Shown here piece by piece: positions 36,861 to 51,108 of a DNA stretch of 64,000 nucleotides. This DNA is from Felis catus (lineage: Eukaryota): assembly GCF_018350175.1 (NCBI RefSeq), contig NC_058373.1:99574001-99638000 (forward strand), read 5' to 3'. The notes under the pieces were generated by a model. That model did no database searches. It was not told the origin of the DNA and was given only the letters and a program-made list of their open reading frames with translations. The translations under genes were made by a program, and so were the position numbers. Within the stretch, counting starts at the first letter, position 1. The number at the start of each line of letters is the position of its first letter.

Positions 36861-37524
36861 TTGAAATTATCAGTTTAACCACAGATCTTTGTAAGAACTG
36901 CCTTATCTCTACCGTATCTTGTACATCATGCCTCTTCCCACCCTTCCTCACCCAACTCACACATGAACCACACGATATCTGTGGTTTACTCTTAACAAAA
37001 ATTGGATCCTAAGAGGGTGAGGGTGGGAGAGATAGAGACACGTAAAATATGCTACCATCAGGACCATCCCTGCCAATCAACCATTGGTTCTCCTCATGGC
37101 CTAATCCCCTCCCACTTTGGCAGGAATGATGCTCCCAGAGGTAGAGTCAAAAGTTAGGGATCCATCCAGGGCTTGGGATTACGATCTGGTGACATGTCTT
37201 GGGCCTAGCTGACTCCCTGGCAACTTCTGATGTTTCTCAGTGACCTACTATCTTACTTCCCTTTCCCACTGCCCACACCTGTTTCTTACCTTTGACACTG
37301 TTTTTCCACTCTGCAATAATAGTCTCACTATTTCTCTCTCTTTTTAGGGGGAACAAATAGGCCCTTTGAGATGTGTTAAGTATTCCATTTCCTTTTTGTC
37401 TTAATAACAAAAGGAATGTAGTCTGAGATAAAACAACGAAAGTATTGTCTCCTCCTTGCATCAATTTACTCTCTTTAATTTAGAGCTTGTAGGAAAAGAC
37501 AAAGGGCTATACATTTGGCCCTCC

Positions 37525-37720
37525 AGCTGTTGCCAATTCTGGTTATGCATAATGACACCTGAAAGGGTATGGGGTGGGGGCTTTTAAATAAACACCAATG
37601 ACTAGCCCTACTCCACATTCATTGATTCAAAACTCCAGGACTGGGACCCACCATAGGTGTCTTTATAAAGCTTCAAAGATTATTTTGATGCCCAGGTACT
37701 ATAGAAAACAATAATTCTAC
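37525..37720. mobile_element. MER5-like MITE remnant
   Basis: CTGGTTATGCAT...CACCTG...CTTTTAAA...GGGACCCA...AAAGCTTC...TGATG layout. Confidence 0.45.
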
Positions 37721-38041
37721 AAAACATATTAAAGCAGTATTCATCTCTAAATCAGAAGAAAAGCAAATACTCTGTAAACTACTCTGAGGTCAACAGGCTC
37801 CTGGATGGCAAAACCCTGAGGCAGGACATCTGGGATGAGAAGAGCTGAATCAGAAGCTGGGAAGCTGGGCTGACTCCGGGAGGTGTTGATTTTTGTCACC
37901 CTTTCTTTCAACCAGAACTAAGGCATGAATTTAGTGCATTACAGGAAAAACACAGAGGCCACCTGTTTCAATGGGAGCTGACATTGCCTTCTCTAAGATA
38001 AACATCAGTAAATGTTTAAAGAATGTTGATTTGAAGAGTTC

Positions 38042-38512
38042 TATATTTTTTTGCTAAGGCTGCTGTAACAAAGTACCACAAATTGGATGGCTTCCATAAC
38101 AGAAATTTATTGTCTCACAGTTCTAGAGGCTGGATATTTGAAATCAAGGCATCGGCGGGGCTGGTTCCTTCAAGGGCTGTGAGGGAAGGCTCTGTTCCAG
38201 ACCCTTCTCCCAGGTTCTGCACCTCAGATATTCCTTGACCTGTAGATGGCCATCTTGTCCCAGAATCTCTTTGCATGACCTTTCCCTGTGTTCATTACTA
38301 TCTCTGTATCTGAATTTCTGCCCTCCCCCATTTTTTCAGGACACCAGAAAATTCCTATTGGATTAGGGTCCCATCCCACTCCAGTATGGCCTCATTTTAA
38401 TTAATTACATCTGCATTGACCCTATTTTCAACTAAGGTCACATTCTGAAGTATTGGGTGGGGGTAAGTCTTCAACATATGAATTTTGGGAGGATAGCATT
38501 CAGCCTACAATA
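38042..38512 (-). mobile_element. MLT1B-like MaLR solo LTR
   Basis: GGCTGCTGTAACAAAGTACCACAAA...AGAAATTTATTGTCTCACAGTTCTAGAGGCT...TTACATCTGCA...AAGGTCACATTCTGA. Confidence 0.85.
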
Positions 38513-40274
38513 GGGCCCATTGTTTTAGTTACCCCAGGGGTGCTCACATGGGTTGGTGTGACTGTGGCATAAGGACAAAGATATGAAGAGTCAGCTGTTT
38601 CTCTCAGGGACAGCAGAAAACTCCCTGAGTTTTAACATCATGATATTAGGGTTACTTAAGTTTTTAAAAAGTCGCAGAAGCTTTAAAATAACTAATGAAA
38701 TAATAAAGAGGTAATTGTTCTTTAATATTATTTTATCATGGTAAGTTGACTATTTTAAGAAGAAAACCAGCATATGCACTTTAAACTTATTTTTTTGGGA
38801 GTCTTCTTGAAAAGCACATATTGTATAATTTACAGGCCTGGCTGATTTACCCAAGAGAGGGGATCATATTTAATACTAGTTCTGCTTTGTATCAAGCTAC
38901 CACATTTTTTTTTCCCTGAAAAACTTGAAACAACTGTCAGGTGTTATCTCTTCTAGGCTAATCATACATAAAGATAGACACTATTAATATCAAGCTTTAG
39001 AGGTCCCCAGGAAGATCAAGCTTCTTGTCTAACTCAGTCCATAGCAAAGCTGTAATTCAAATCTGCTAGGTGTTTTATGTTGCTTAAATGGAGTTTATAT
39101 TTCTTTGCTATCTGTTCAGGAGGATGGAGTTCTCTGAGAGTCAAATTAAAATCCTAAGCAATTTAGGTCTTAGTTTCCAGGAAGAATCAAGATGTCAGTA
39201 TAAATCTAACTATATGGGAAGACAGGAATAACATTATATAATGGACTGGATTAAAAATATAGAGTTAGGAAAAAAACTGGGAAGTAATCGGCAAATACAC
39301 AAGAGATGGCTTATGCTCAGCCATTCTCCCTTATTCTCTGGCCACTTGTTATACTTCCAGGTTCTTTTGCTGCTTGGATGGTTCACTTCAGTCTAATTGA
39401 CTCCTCACCATGATGCTTCTGTGAAGGATGCTAAAGGAACGACTGGTCTAGCCCTGAATTTATATCTTCCAGCCAGGCAGAGCCCAGCTTTACAAAATAC
39501 TTTCCTTTTATGACCGTGTATTTGATATAGGGTTGTCCCAATTTATTAAACTTTCTATTTTTGTAAATCTCATGATGTTCATGTCCTATAAGAAACATTT
39601 GATACTTAAAAAAAAAAAAAAACCCAGCTGTTTTTCTTAAAAGAGGTTTATAATTATTGATTTTGGACATTTTTTTTTTGTGATTTTTATTTGACCTTGG
39701 TAATTCCCCCAACTTTTTGATAAATAAGTTAAGCTTTTGAGGATAAAAGACACCTTTACATCACAAAAGGAGTGTTTACATGTATCTCTGAGCTACGTTG
39801 ACCCTCTGCTCAGGAGCTCATGTCCAGGGAAATGTTTTTCCTCTGAAAATGCATTGTATGTTACTCTGAATGCTTTGAGTTTGGTTAGTCCCAATAAATC
39901 TCTTTTAGTATATCAATTAATTCAAATCTGGATTTTGTAACCATGTTAAAAAATCCCCCCAAATTCTTTTTAAAAGGATGTTTCTAACTTAAATATGAGA
40001 TTCATCTTTCTTCATGCAACCTCTCTCTATAAAAAAAATCAACATTTTTTTTTAGCAGAGAACTTGTGGTTTCGAATTTGTTAAAATTGGTTCAATATCC
40101 TGTTTCAATTCCTGTGTCAAATGTCAGAGTAGAACAAACATTTAATATTGTGAGTTATCTCTAGACTAATGAAATCGTATATTGAATGGTGAGTCAACAA
40201 GAAGCAAACTTTGGTTTTGATACTTTTGCTTATTTGGAAGGAAAATAATAGTATTTTTTAAATAAAAATGTCTA

Positions 40275-40505
40275 GGGGCACCTAGGTGGTTCAGTTGGTT
40301 AAACGTCTGACTCTTGATTTCAGCTCAGGTCATGATCACATGGTTTGTGAGTTTGAGCCCTATGTCAGGCTCCACACTGACACTGCAGAGCCTGCTTGGG
40401 ATTCTCTCTCTCTTCCCCCGCTCTCTATACCTTCCCGCCACCTCCTGCCCCCCCAAACATGCATTCTCTCTTTCTCTCTCAAAATAAATAAATTAAGTAA
40501 ATAAA
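40275..40505 (+). mobile_element. Can-SINE (older subfamily)
   Basis: GGGGCACCTAGGTGGTTCAG head, CT tract, AAAT tail. Confidence 0.93.
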
Positions 40506-41279
40506 TAAGTCCAATGTAAAATATAAGACATATATATAATCAAAAATAAGATTTGTACACGTGCATATTTTCTTAAAATGTGTTTGGTGTTTTGGATGAA
40601 ACTACTTGGAGTTATAATTTTATAAGATATTAAGAAGGCTTTGCTTCTCATACTCTGAATGCTCAGACACTAAATATCTATACAGGCAAGGGTTTGCTTT
40701 CCACTTGAAAACTCTACAGGATATCAAGATGTTCAAGCATTCCAACATAGACATTGTTAATAAGAAAAACAAGGATAGAATCACAACAAATTCACAAAGA
40801 TAACATTTACTTGGAGAATTTGTTTCATTCTTAATTAATATGAGTTTCTCCAAAAAATATTAAGTAGTGACTTAGAGAGTTAATATCATGAGCTGAGGGC
40901 TGTAGTGTTTGTTTAATCTTTCTAATTTTCTGCTTCTTATTTTAGCAATGGCTAATTCAATACCACTAACTTATCTATGTTTTCTGAGATCTTACTCCAG
41001 TTATTCTATGATCTTTGCTGGTCTCTGATTTTGTTTCAAATGTATTCTTTAGTGAGCACTTTATCTTAATCATTAATTTCATTCAGCAACATCTAAGACC
41101 GATAAGCTGGACAAATCATCATTTTTTTTCCTCATTTAAAAGTGAAAAATGAAGTTATGATGTTTTCCCTATCACTGTCCACTTAAAAGTCCTAGAAACA
41201 GTGGTCAACCCATTGAAATGAGAACAGTTAGCACAAGATAAACCTGAAACACCTTGTCACATCAGAAAGAAAGGCAACA

Positions 41280-41516
41280 GGGGGCGCCTGGGTGGCGCAG
41301 TCGGTTGGGCGTCCGGCTTCAGCCAGGTCACCATCTCGCGGTCCGTGAGTTCGAGCCCCGCGTCGGGCTCTGGGCTGATGGCTCAGAGCCTGGAGCCTGT
41401 TTCCGATTCTGTGTCTCCCTCTCTCTCTGACCCTCCCCCGTTCATGCTCTGTCTCTCTCTGTCCCAAAAATAAATAAACGTTGAAAAAAAAATTAAAAAA
41501 AAAAAAAAAAAAAAAA
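41280..41516 (+). mobile_element. Young SINEC_Fc element
   Basis: CpG-rich, long A tail; TSD AGAAAGGCAACA. Confidence 0.97.
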
Positions 41517-41519
41517 AGA

Positions 41520-42503
41520 AAGGCAACAATCAAAGAATGTTAAAGACAAATTGAAAAGTTTTGTACTGATCAAAGATAGGCCAACTGAAGTGTCAAAAGT
41601 AATGCAAGGCTTAAAATTTATCAGATTAGACCCCATGAGTCCATAATGATATATTTCTAAAAAATCAATGGTCATTTTTGGAGATAAGGAACACAAATTC
41701 ATCAATATGAAAAATGGCAAATAAAAGGATAGAAACAAGTATTTATTCTTCCCTTCCTATAAAATGGAATTCCAGCTAATACAGGGAGATGGAAAGATAT
41801 ATTAAATTATCATCCATTTATAACCCCTGATGGAATAATGGATCTTTACTGCTGAAGTTATCCGGTGAAAAGCTGATAAATAGCATTATAATGGATGAAT
41901 TAGTGTAATGACACCTAAACATACAGATCAATTTTAACACCACGAAGAGAGAAAGCCAGGCATCATCACTTCCTGGTGGAATGCAGTGGGAAGTATATAG
42001 CATCCCTTGGGAACCCAAATCACGCATTCAGAACATGGGCAATCTTATAGGACAAATGACCTGCAGGGGAAACTGGAATAGATTAAAAGAAATTTTTAAG
42101 AAATTTATCAAGAAAATGCAACATGTGGACCTTGTTTGCCTCCTGATTCAAACAAATCAACTGTAAAAAAGACACTGAGGAGACCATTAGAATTTGAATA
42201 CAGAGTTCAATTAGACAGTGTTAAGTATAAGAGATACTAAGGAAATTAAGAATATGTTTCAATATGTTTACTTTGAGGGAAAATAGCATTGTGGTCATAT
42301 TAATACAAAGGGAGCCCTGTCTTAATCGAGATACATACTGATGTATTAGAGGAAGAAATGATATAATATCTGAGAATTGCTTAAAATAATCTGGCGGGGT
42401 ATGGGAAGTGTGAAGTCAGTTGTTGCATAACATGGGGGTTTGTTATACTTCTTTCTCTCTTTTTTGAATATATTTGAAAATTTCCATAATAAAATGTTTT
42501 AAA
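41520..42503 (+). mobile_element. Ancient L1ME/L1MC-type 3' region
   Basis: ATGTGGACCTTGTTTG..TCCTGATTCAAACAAA, GAGATACATACTGA, terminal GAAAATTTCCATAATAAAA. Confidence 0.65.
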
Positions 42504-42824
42504 GACAAAGTACCTACCTATTCACTCCTTTTGACAAATATTCAGGTGTGTCCTGTGTGTAAGGTTCTAAAGCAGGTTCTAGGTGTAGCAACAAGATGAA
42601 GACTCTCAGCATGTTCCCTTCTCTTATGTGACACATTTATTTTTGGTGGAGGAAGAAGAAAATTGCTAAGACGATAAAAACAGAGATAAAAAGGTGAGTT
42701 GGAAAATGTTTCATTGGAGAGGTAACATTTGAAATGGGCTGTGAAAGAACCATATTTTCTAAACAGTCAAATCCTGTTTGAAAACAGTTGAGGGGCCATT
42801 CCAGGGAGTTTCTTTTTGTCTTTC

Positions 42825-43556
42825 TTTCATTTACAATAAAATCTATTATCATTGATGTTCAGTCCTACGGATTTTGACAACTGTATAAAACTGCACAGCC
42901 ACCAAGCATCCACGATACAGCATAGTTCTATGTCAAACAAAATTCCCCCATGCTACCCTTGTGCAGTCAAGTCCTCCTAACATTTTATCACTGACTAGCA
43001 CTCACCTGTTCATATCACAATAGTTTTGCCTTTTCCCTAACACCATACAAAGGGAATCATGTAGTATATAACATTTTGAGTCTGGCATCTTTTCACTTAG
43101 CACTGAAATTCATTTGTCTTGTTGATAATCTCAATCATTCATTCCTTTTTTATTGCTGAGCAATAGTCTATTATCTGGACATACCACAGTTTTTTTAATC
43201 TATTCCCCCATTTGATGGGTATTTGGGTTGTTTCCAGTTTGGGATCATTATGAATAAAGCACTGTAAACACTTGTTTAGGTTTTTGTATGAACACAGGTT
43301 TTCATTACACTGAGGTAAATACCTTAGGAGTAGAACTCATAGGTTGTGTTGTAAGTACATGTTTAACTTTAAAAGAAACTGCCAAACTATTTTCAAAAGT
43401 GGCTGTACTATTTTGCATTCCAAATATCTATGTATGAGAATTGCTCAGTTGCCTTGTTATACCACTTGCTATAGTTGTTACTTTGTTGTTTATTTTAGCC
43501 ATTCTGATAGGTGAGTAGTGAAATCTCTTTGTGGTTTTAATTTACATTTCCCTGTT
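42825..43556 (-). mobile_element. Ancient L1M 3' fragment
   Basis: TTCATTCCTTTTTATTGCTGAG...TTTCCAGTTTGGG...AAACTGCCAAACTATTTTCAAAAGTGGCTGTAC. Confidence 0.8.
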
Positions 43557-43747
43557 GAGCCAGGCAGATTGTTGATATTATTATCAATTTTCAAAAGTCT
43601 ACACCAGCTATTCAAAAGTATACACAAGCCTCCAACTCCACTCCATTCCTCATCTGCTCACCTATTTCTCCAAGAACATAGAGGTGGTCAAGTATGAAGT
43701 CCTTAACTTTCTTCCCTTAACTTCCAAACTTAAAAAAAAAAACCTCT

Positions 43748-43930
43748 GGGGGTACCTCGGTGGCTCAGTCAGTTAGCATTGGGAACTTCATTTTCAGTTC
43801 AGGTCATGATCTCATGGTTCATGGGTTCGATCCCTGCACCAGGCTCCATGCTGACACTGCAGACCCTGCTTGGGATTCTCTTTCTCTCTCTCAAAATTAA
43901 AAAAATTTTAAAAATTAGTTAAAAAATTTT
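43748..43930 (+). mobile_element. Can-SINE (older, short CT tract)
   Basis: GGGGTACCTCGGTGGCTCAG head, CCTGCTTGGGATTCTCT, A-rich tail. Confidence 0.9.
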
Positions 43931-44151
43931 AAAACATTCTCCAAACCTCCTTTCTCAGAGAGGGTGGTATTTCTCCCTGCCAAGACCAGTCTGTCCTCTC
44001 ATGTGCCTGTCCTCTCACGTGCCTGGATCCTTCCCAGCTCCCACCTCTAGAAACCTCAGTGCTGACAACAACCCCTTCTGTCAGACTCTATGCTCTTTAT
44101 GGACTCCTTCTCTAAGGCCTACTCCTTCTGGGCTAGGTCCTTTTATTCCTA

Positions 44152-44216
44152 TCAGTTATTCTCAAATGTTTGCATACACCAGAATCACCTGGAGAACTTG
44201 TTAAAACACAGATAAG
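44152..44216. mobile_element. MER5A left half
   Basis: CAGTTATTCTCAAA...CAGAATCACCTGGAGAACTTGTTAAAACACAGAT. Confidence 0.8.
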
Positions 44217-45907
44217 TGGGGAGGAGGGGCCAAGACGGCAGAATGGCATGGAAGTTTTTTTGTGTTTCACGTTCATGAAATACAGCCAGATCAACACTAA
44301 ACCATCCAACATACCTAGAAAACTGATTTGAGGATTAACACAACAAGCTGCACAATCTGAACCACAGAACTCGGTAGGTACATGGCACAGAGAGGTGAAC
44401 TGGGGGAGAAAGAAGCCGCAGAGGGCAGGGAGCTGTTTTTGCTTGCCGAGAGAGGACAGAGATGGCGGAGAGTATGGGAAAAGCATCCCTGCCCAAGGGC
44501 AGTTGGAGAGAAAGTGGAAAAGTGGAAACAGCCACAGGGACTGAACAAAAAAAGGAGAAAGGAGAAAGGAGAGGGCTTAAATTCCATTAAGACTGTATAA
44601 ACAGGGGAGCACAGAGTCTGAAACTCTGCAGCTCAATACCTGGCAGTCCTCTGGTGGGAAGGGCGAATCCCCAGGAGCAGAGTGAGGTCTGGGAGGGGGG
44701 AGGGGTCCTCAGGCCACACAGGGAGAGGTGGTTCCCCTGCTGGGAGGATACTTGGTAGAGGCTGTTTGGCCACCCCACAGGCAAAGGTCCCAGCAAACCC
44801 CAGAGAACAACCACATTCACTGGTGCTGGAAGAAGGTCATTAAGGGTGAAGCTTGGTGTCAGTTGTGTGTTGTGATTTTCCATAAACCCTGAAACGCTGC
44901 TGCTACCAGATTGTACGAACTTTTTCTGGGGCAGGCTGGCACCCAACTGCAGTCTCTGGGCATTGGCAGAAGCATGGTCCCGTGAATGTTTCTGGGTGTG
45001 GCCAGCACCTGGCCATTGCTTGGTAAGACCCTTCCCTAGAAGGTCTGAGGGGGTCAAAACTGTAGTACTTCAGAAGTGAGGGGTTGAGAAACACAGCCAC
45101 ATCTGAGATAAAACTCAGGAGGGAGGTACCACCTGGCAACCTGACAGCTTGGTCATGGACAGTGTAAAAGTGGGGACTGGATGGAAGCTGGAGACAAAGG
45201 ATGAGTGTACAATTGTTGATCAGGGAGAAAAGAGTTCTGATACTAGAGACTGAGTAGCTGGGTGATGCCATTTTCACTCCTCCCAGGCAAGCGCATACAC
45301 ACCTACAAGTGTCACAACAATCCACTCCAGTAAGTTAAGCAGCGCCAGTGGAGAATGGAACCATTACACTAAGCCCCATCTAACTGGGCCAGCCTCGCTC
45401 TTCAGGAACACAAGTCTGTCTGCCTGCTTAGTTTATGGACTATAAAGGGCTTCATAGTTTGACTTCTAGGGGAAAACAATGGAATTTCAACCGTATTTCA
45501 GTCTGTTTGCTGGTCCATCTATTCAAAACTTTTTTTTCTTTTTCATTTATTTTCTTTTCTTGAATACAGAAAGAAAAAATTTATTTTTATTTTCAATTTT
45601 TATTAAAAATATTTTGCTTTATTGTTTTTCTACTATATTTTTTACTTTTTTGTAAAGTTTTCAAATTCTATTTACTTCCATCATTTAATTTTATTTATTT
45701 CATTGTACTCATTTTTTCAAATTTTCAAACATTTTCTCTTTTCTTTTCTTTTCCTATCTTTCCCTTCTTTCTCTAATCTATCAAGCTTTTTTCAACAACC
45801 AGACCAAAACACACATAGGGTCTAGCATCACTTATTTTGTGTGTGTGTTGTTTTAAACTTTTTAATTTTAATTTTTTCACCTCTTAATTCCTTTTCTTCC
45901 TTCGAAA

Positions 45908-46790
45908 TGATGAAACAAAGGAATTCACCCCACAAGAAACAGCAGGAAGAAACGACAGCCAGGGACTTAACACAGACACAAGCAAGATGTCTGAACCAGA
46001 ATTTAGAATCATGATAATAAGAATACTAGCTGGGGTTGCAAATAGATTAGAATCCCTTTCTGCGGAGATAAAAGAACTAAAACCTAGTCAGGATGAAATA
46101 AAAAATGTTATAAGTGAGCTGCAATCTATAATGGGTGCCATGGCAGCAAGGATGGATGAGGCAGAGCAGTGGATGAGCGATATGGAGGACAAACTTAGGG
46201 AGAATAATGAAGCAGAAAAAAAAAAAAGAGGGAGACTAAGGCAAAAGAGCACGATTTAAGAAGTAGAGAAATCAGTGACTCATTAAAAAGGAACAACATC
46301 AGAATCATAGGGGTCCCAGAAGATGAAGAGAGAGAAAAAGGGGTAGAAGGGTTATGTGAGCAAATCATAGCGGAAAACTTTCCTAACCTGGGGAAAGACA
46401 CAGACATCAAAATCCAGGAAGCGCAGAGAACTCCCATTAGACTCAACAAAAGCCAACAATCAATAAGGCATATTATAGTCAAATTCACAAGATACTCAGG
46501 CAAGGAAAGAATCATGAAAGCAGCAAGGGAAAAAAAAAAAGTACTTAATTTACAAGGAAAGACAGATCAGGTTTGCAGCAGACCTATCCACAGAAACTTG
46601 GCAGGCCAGAAAGGAGTAGCAGCATATATTCAATGTGCTGAATTTGAAAAATATGCAGCCAAGAATTCTTTATCCAGCAAGGCTGTCATTCAAAATAGAG
46701 AGATAAAAAAGTTTCCCAGACAATCAAAAATTAAAGGAGTTTGTGACTACTGAACCAGCCCTGCAAGAAATTTTAAGGCAGACTCTCTGA
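45908..46790 (+). pseudogene. L1 ORF1p, frameshifted
   Basis: MSEPEFRIMIIRILAG...EIKELK coiled coil; KAAREKK; several frameshifts. Confidence 0.9.
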
Positions 46791-46910
46791 GGGGAGAAAA
46801 GATGAAAAAAAAAAAAAACAAACAAACAAAAGAAAAAAAACAGATCAAAAGCAACAAAGACTAGAAAGGACTAGAACACCACCAGAAACTCCAACTCTAC
46901 AGGCAACATA

Positions 46911-49900
46911 ATGGCAATATTCATATCTTTCAGTACTTGCCCTAAACGTCAATGGACTAAATGCTCCAATCAAGACATAGGGTAACAAATTGGATAAGAA
47001 AACAAGATCCATCTATATGGTGTTTACAAAAGACCTACTTTAGACCTAAAGACACCTTCAAATTGAAAGTAAGGGGATGGAGAACCATCTATCATGCTAA
47101 GGCTCAACATAAGAAAGCCAGAGTAGCCATACTTATATCAGACAATCTAGACTTTAAAATAAAGACTGTATCAAAAGATGAAGAAGGGCATTATATCATA
47201 ATTAAGGGGTCTATCCACCAAGAAGACCCAACAATTGTAAACATTTATGCTCCAAATGTGGAGGTGCCCAAGTATACAAATAAATTAATCACAAACACAA
47301 AGAAACACATTGAAATAATAACATAATAGTAGGGGATTTCAACACCCCACTTTCAACAATGGACAGATCATCTAAACAGAAAATCACAAAGGAAACATTG
47401 AATGACACTCTGGACCAGATGGACTTAACAAATATATTCAGAACATTTCATTCTAAAGCAGAGGAATACACATTCTTCTGTAGTGTACATGGAACATTCT
47501 CCAGAATAGACCACATACTGGGATACAAATCAGCCCTCAACAAGTAGAAAAAGATTGAGATCATACCGTGCATATTTTCAGACCACAACACTATGAAACT
47601 TGAAATCAACCACAAGAAAAAATTTGGAAAGGTAACAAATACTTGGGGACTAAAGAACATCCTACAAAAGAATGAATGGGTAAACCAAGAAGTTAAAGAG
47701 GAAATTTAAAAGTACATGGAAGCCAATGAAAATGATAACACCATAGACCAATACCTCTGGGACACAGCAAAGGTGATAATAAGAGGGAAGTATATAACAA
47801 TCCAGGCCTTCCTAAAGAAGGAAGAAAGGTCTCAGATACACAACCTAACTTTACACCTTAAAGAGCTGGAAAAAGAACAGCAGATAAAACCCAAAACCAG
47901 CAAAAGAGAGGAAATAATAAAGATTAGAGCAGAAATTAATGCTATCAAAACAAAAAAAAATCCAGTAGAACAGATCAATGAAACCAGAAGCTGGTTCTTT
48001 AAAAGAATTAACAAAATTGATAAACCCCTAGCCAGTCTGATCAAAAAGAAAAAGGAAAGGACCCAAATAAATAAAATCAAGAGTGAAAGAGGAGAGATCA
48101 CAACCAACACAGCAGAAATAAAAACAATAATAAGAGAATATTATGAATAATTATATACCAATAAAATGGGCAATCTGGAAGAAATGGACAAATTCCTAGA
48201 AACATATATGCTACCAAAACTGAAACAGGAAGAAACAGAAAATCTGAACAGACCCACACCAGTAAAGAAATTGAATTAGTAATAAAAAATCTTCCAAAAC
48301 ACAAGAGTCAAGGGCCAGATGGCTTTCCAGGGGAATTCTACCAAACATTTAAGGAAGAGTTAACACCCATTCTCTTGAGACGGTTCCAAAAAATAGAAAT
48401 GGAAGGAAAACTTCCAAACTTTCTATGAAGCAGGTATTACCTTGATTCCAAAACCAGACAGAGACCCCACTAAAAAGGAGAACTATAGACCAATTTCCCT
48501 GATGAACATGGATGCCAAAATCCTCAACAAGATATTAGCCAACCAGATCCAACTATACATTAAAAAAAATATTCACCACAACCAAGTGGGATTCATACCT
48601 GGGATGCAGGGCTGGTTCAATATCCACAAAACAATCAATGTGATTCATCACATCAATAAAAAGAAAGGACAAGAACCATATGATCCTCTCAATAGATGCA
48701 GAGAAAGCATTTGACAAAATACAGCATCCTTTCTTGATAAAAACCCTCAAGAAAGTAGGGATAGAAGGATCATACCTCAAGATCATAAAAGCCATATATG
48801 AAAGACCCACTGCTAATATCATCTTCAATGGGAAAAACTGAGAGTTTTCCCACTAAGGTCAGGAACAAGACAGGGATGCCCACTCTTGCCACTGTTATTC
48901 ACATAGTATTGGAAGTATTAGCTTCAGCAATCAGACAACACAAAGAAATAAAAGGCATCCAAATAGGCCAGGAGGAGGTCAAACTTTCACTCTTTGCAGA
49001 TGACATGAAACTCTATATGGAAAACCCAAAAGATTCCACCAAAAACCTGAGAACTGATTCAACAATTCAGCAAGGTTGCAGGATATAAAATCAGTGCAAA
49101 GAAATTGGTTGCATTCCTACACACCAATAATGAAGCCAACAGAAAGATAAATCAAGGAATTGATCCCATTTCCAATTGCACCAAAAACCATAAAATACCT
49201 AGGAATAAATCTAACTAACGAGGTGAAAAATCTATACACTGTAAACTATAGAAAGCTTATGAAAGAAATTGAAGAAGACACACAAAAAATGGAAAAATAT
49301 TACACAATCTTGGATAGGAAGAACAAATATTGTTAAAATGTCAGTACTACCCAAATCAATCTACATATGCAATGCAATGCCTATCAAAGTAACACCAGCA
49401 TTCTTCACAGAGCTATAACAAATAATCCTAAAATTTGTATGGAACCAGAAAAGACCCTGGATAACCAAAGCAATCTTGAAAAAGAAAACCAAAGCAGGAG
49501 GCATCACAATCCCAGACTTCAAGCTATACTACAAAGCTGTAATCATCAAGACAGTATGGTACTGGCACAAGAACAGACACTCAGATCAATGGAACAGAAT
49601 AGAGAACCTAGAAATGGACCCACAAACGTATGGCCAACTAATCTTCGATAAAGCAGGAAAGACTATCCAATGGAATAAAGACAGTCTCTTCAGCAAGTGG
49701 TGCTGGGAAAACTGGACAGCGACATGCAGAAGAACGAACCTGGACCACTTTCTTACACCATATACAAAAATAAACTCAAAATGGATGAAAGACCTCAATG
49801 TCAGACAGGATGCTATCAAAATCCTCAAGGAGAAAATAGGCAAAAACCTCTTTGACCTTGGCCACAGCAACTTCTTACTCAACACGTCTTCGGAGGCAAG

Positions 49901-50730
49901 GGAAACAAAAACAAAAATGAACTACTGGGACCTCATCAAAATTAAAAGCTTCTGCATAGCGAAGGAAACAATCAACAAAACTAAAAGGCAGCTGACGGAA
50001 TGGGAGAAGATAGTTGAAGGGTTAGTATCCAAAATCTATAAAGATTGATGTAGGGTTAGTATCCAAAATCTATAAAGAACTTATCAAACTCAACACCCAA
50101 AAAACAAATAATCCAGTGAAGGAATGGGCAAAAGACATGAATAGACACTTCTCCAAAGAAGACATCCAGATGGCCAACCAACACATGAAAAAATGCTCAA
50201 CATCACTCATCATCAGGGAAATACAAATCAAAACCACAATGAGATGCCACCTCACACATGTCAGAATGGCTGACATTAACAACAGACAACAACATATGTT
50301 GGCAAGGATGTAGAGAAAGAGGATCTCTTTTGCACTGCTGGTGGGAATGCAAACTAGTGGAGCTGCTCTGGAAAACAGTATGGAGGTTCCTCAAAAAAAT
50401 AAAAATAGAACTACCCTATGACCCACCGATTGCACTACTAGGCATTTATACAAGGGATACAGGGGTGATGTTTCGAAGGGGCACATGCACCCCCATGTTT
50501 ATAGCAGTGCTATCAACAATAGCCAAAGTATGGAAAGAGCCCAAATGTCCATCAATGGATGAATGGATAAAGAAGATGTGGTATATATATACAATGGAGT
50601 ATTACTTGGCAATCAAAAAGAATGCAATCTTGCCATTTACAACTATGTGGATGGAACTAGAGGCTATTATGCTAAGCAAAATCAGTCAGTCAGAGAAAGA
50701 CATATGACTTCACTCATATGAGGACTTTAA
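46911..50730 (+). pseudogene. L1 ORF2p (APE endonuclease + reverse transcriptase), disrupted
   Basis: [56 protein letters not shown]; broken by stops and frameshifts. Confidence 0.95.
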
Positions 50731-50969
50731 GAGACTAAACAGATGAACATAAGGGAAGGGAAGCAAAAAGAATATAAAAACAGGGAGGGGGCAAAACATA
50801 AGAGACTCTTAAATATGGAAACAACAGAGGGTTACTGGAGGGGTTGTGGGAGGGGGGATGGGCTAAATGGGTAAGGGGTATTAAGGAATCTACTCCTGAA
50901 ATCATTGTTGCACTATATGCTAAAAACTTGGATGTAAATTTTAAAAAATAAATAAATAAAAATTAAAAA

Positions 50970-51108
50970 TCCACAGGAAACTGGGCCCTATCCCCAAACT
51001 TCCTGATTTAGTAGGTCAGGGGTGGTGCTAAGAATTGGCATCTCTAACAAGTTTGCAGGTGATGCTGCTGCTGCTGCTGGTTAGGGACCACACTCAGAAA
51101 AAACCCAC
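50970..51108. mobile_element. MER5A right half
   Basis: CTGGGCCC...CTGATTTAGTAGGTC.GGGGTGG...TCTAACAAGTT...AGGTGATGCTG...GGGACCACACT. Confidence 0.8.

Larger units (their letters stand above)
44217..50969 (+). mobile_element. Near-full-length inactive carnivore LINE-1 (about 6.75 kb)
   Basis: GGAGGGGCCAAGACGGC 5' end, about 1.7-kb 5'UTR, ORF1 and ORF2 fragments, G-rich 3'UTR, A tail. Confidence 0.97.

Noticed and set aside
44587..45325. 140-156 aa antisense ORFs in the L1 5'UTR (ORF0-like)
   Set aside because: Non-ATG starts in a degraded, GC-richer UTR; ORF0 is described for primate L1 and I see no similarity.
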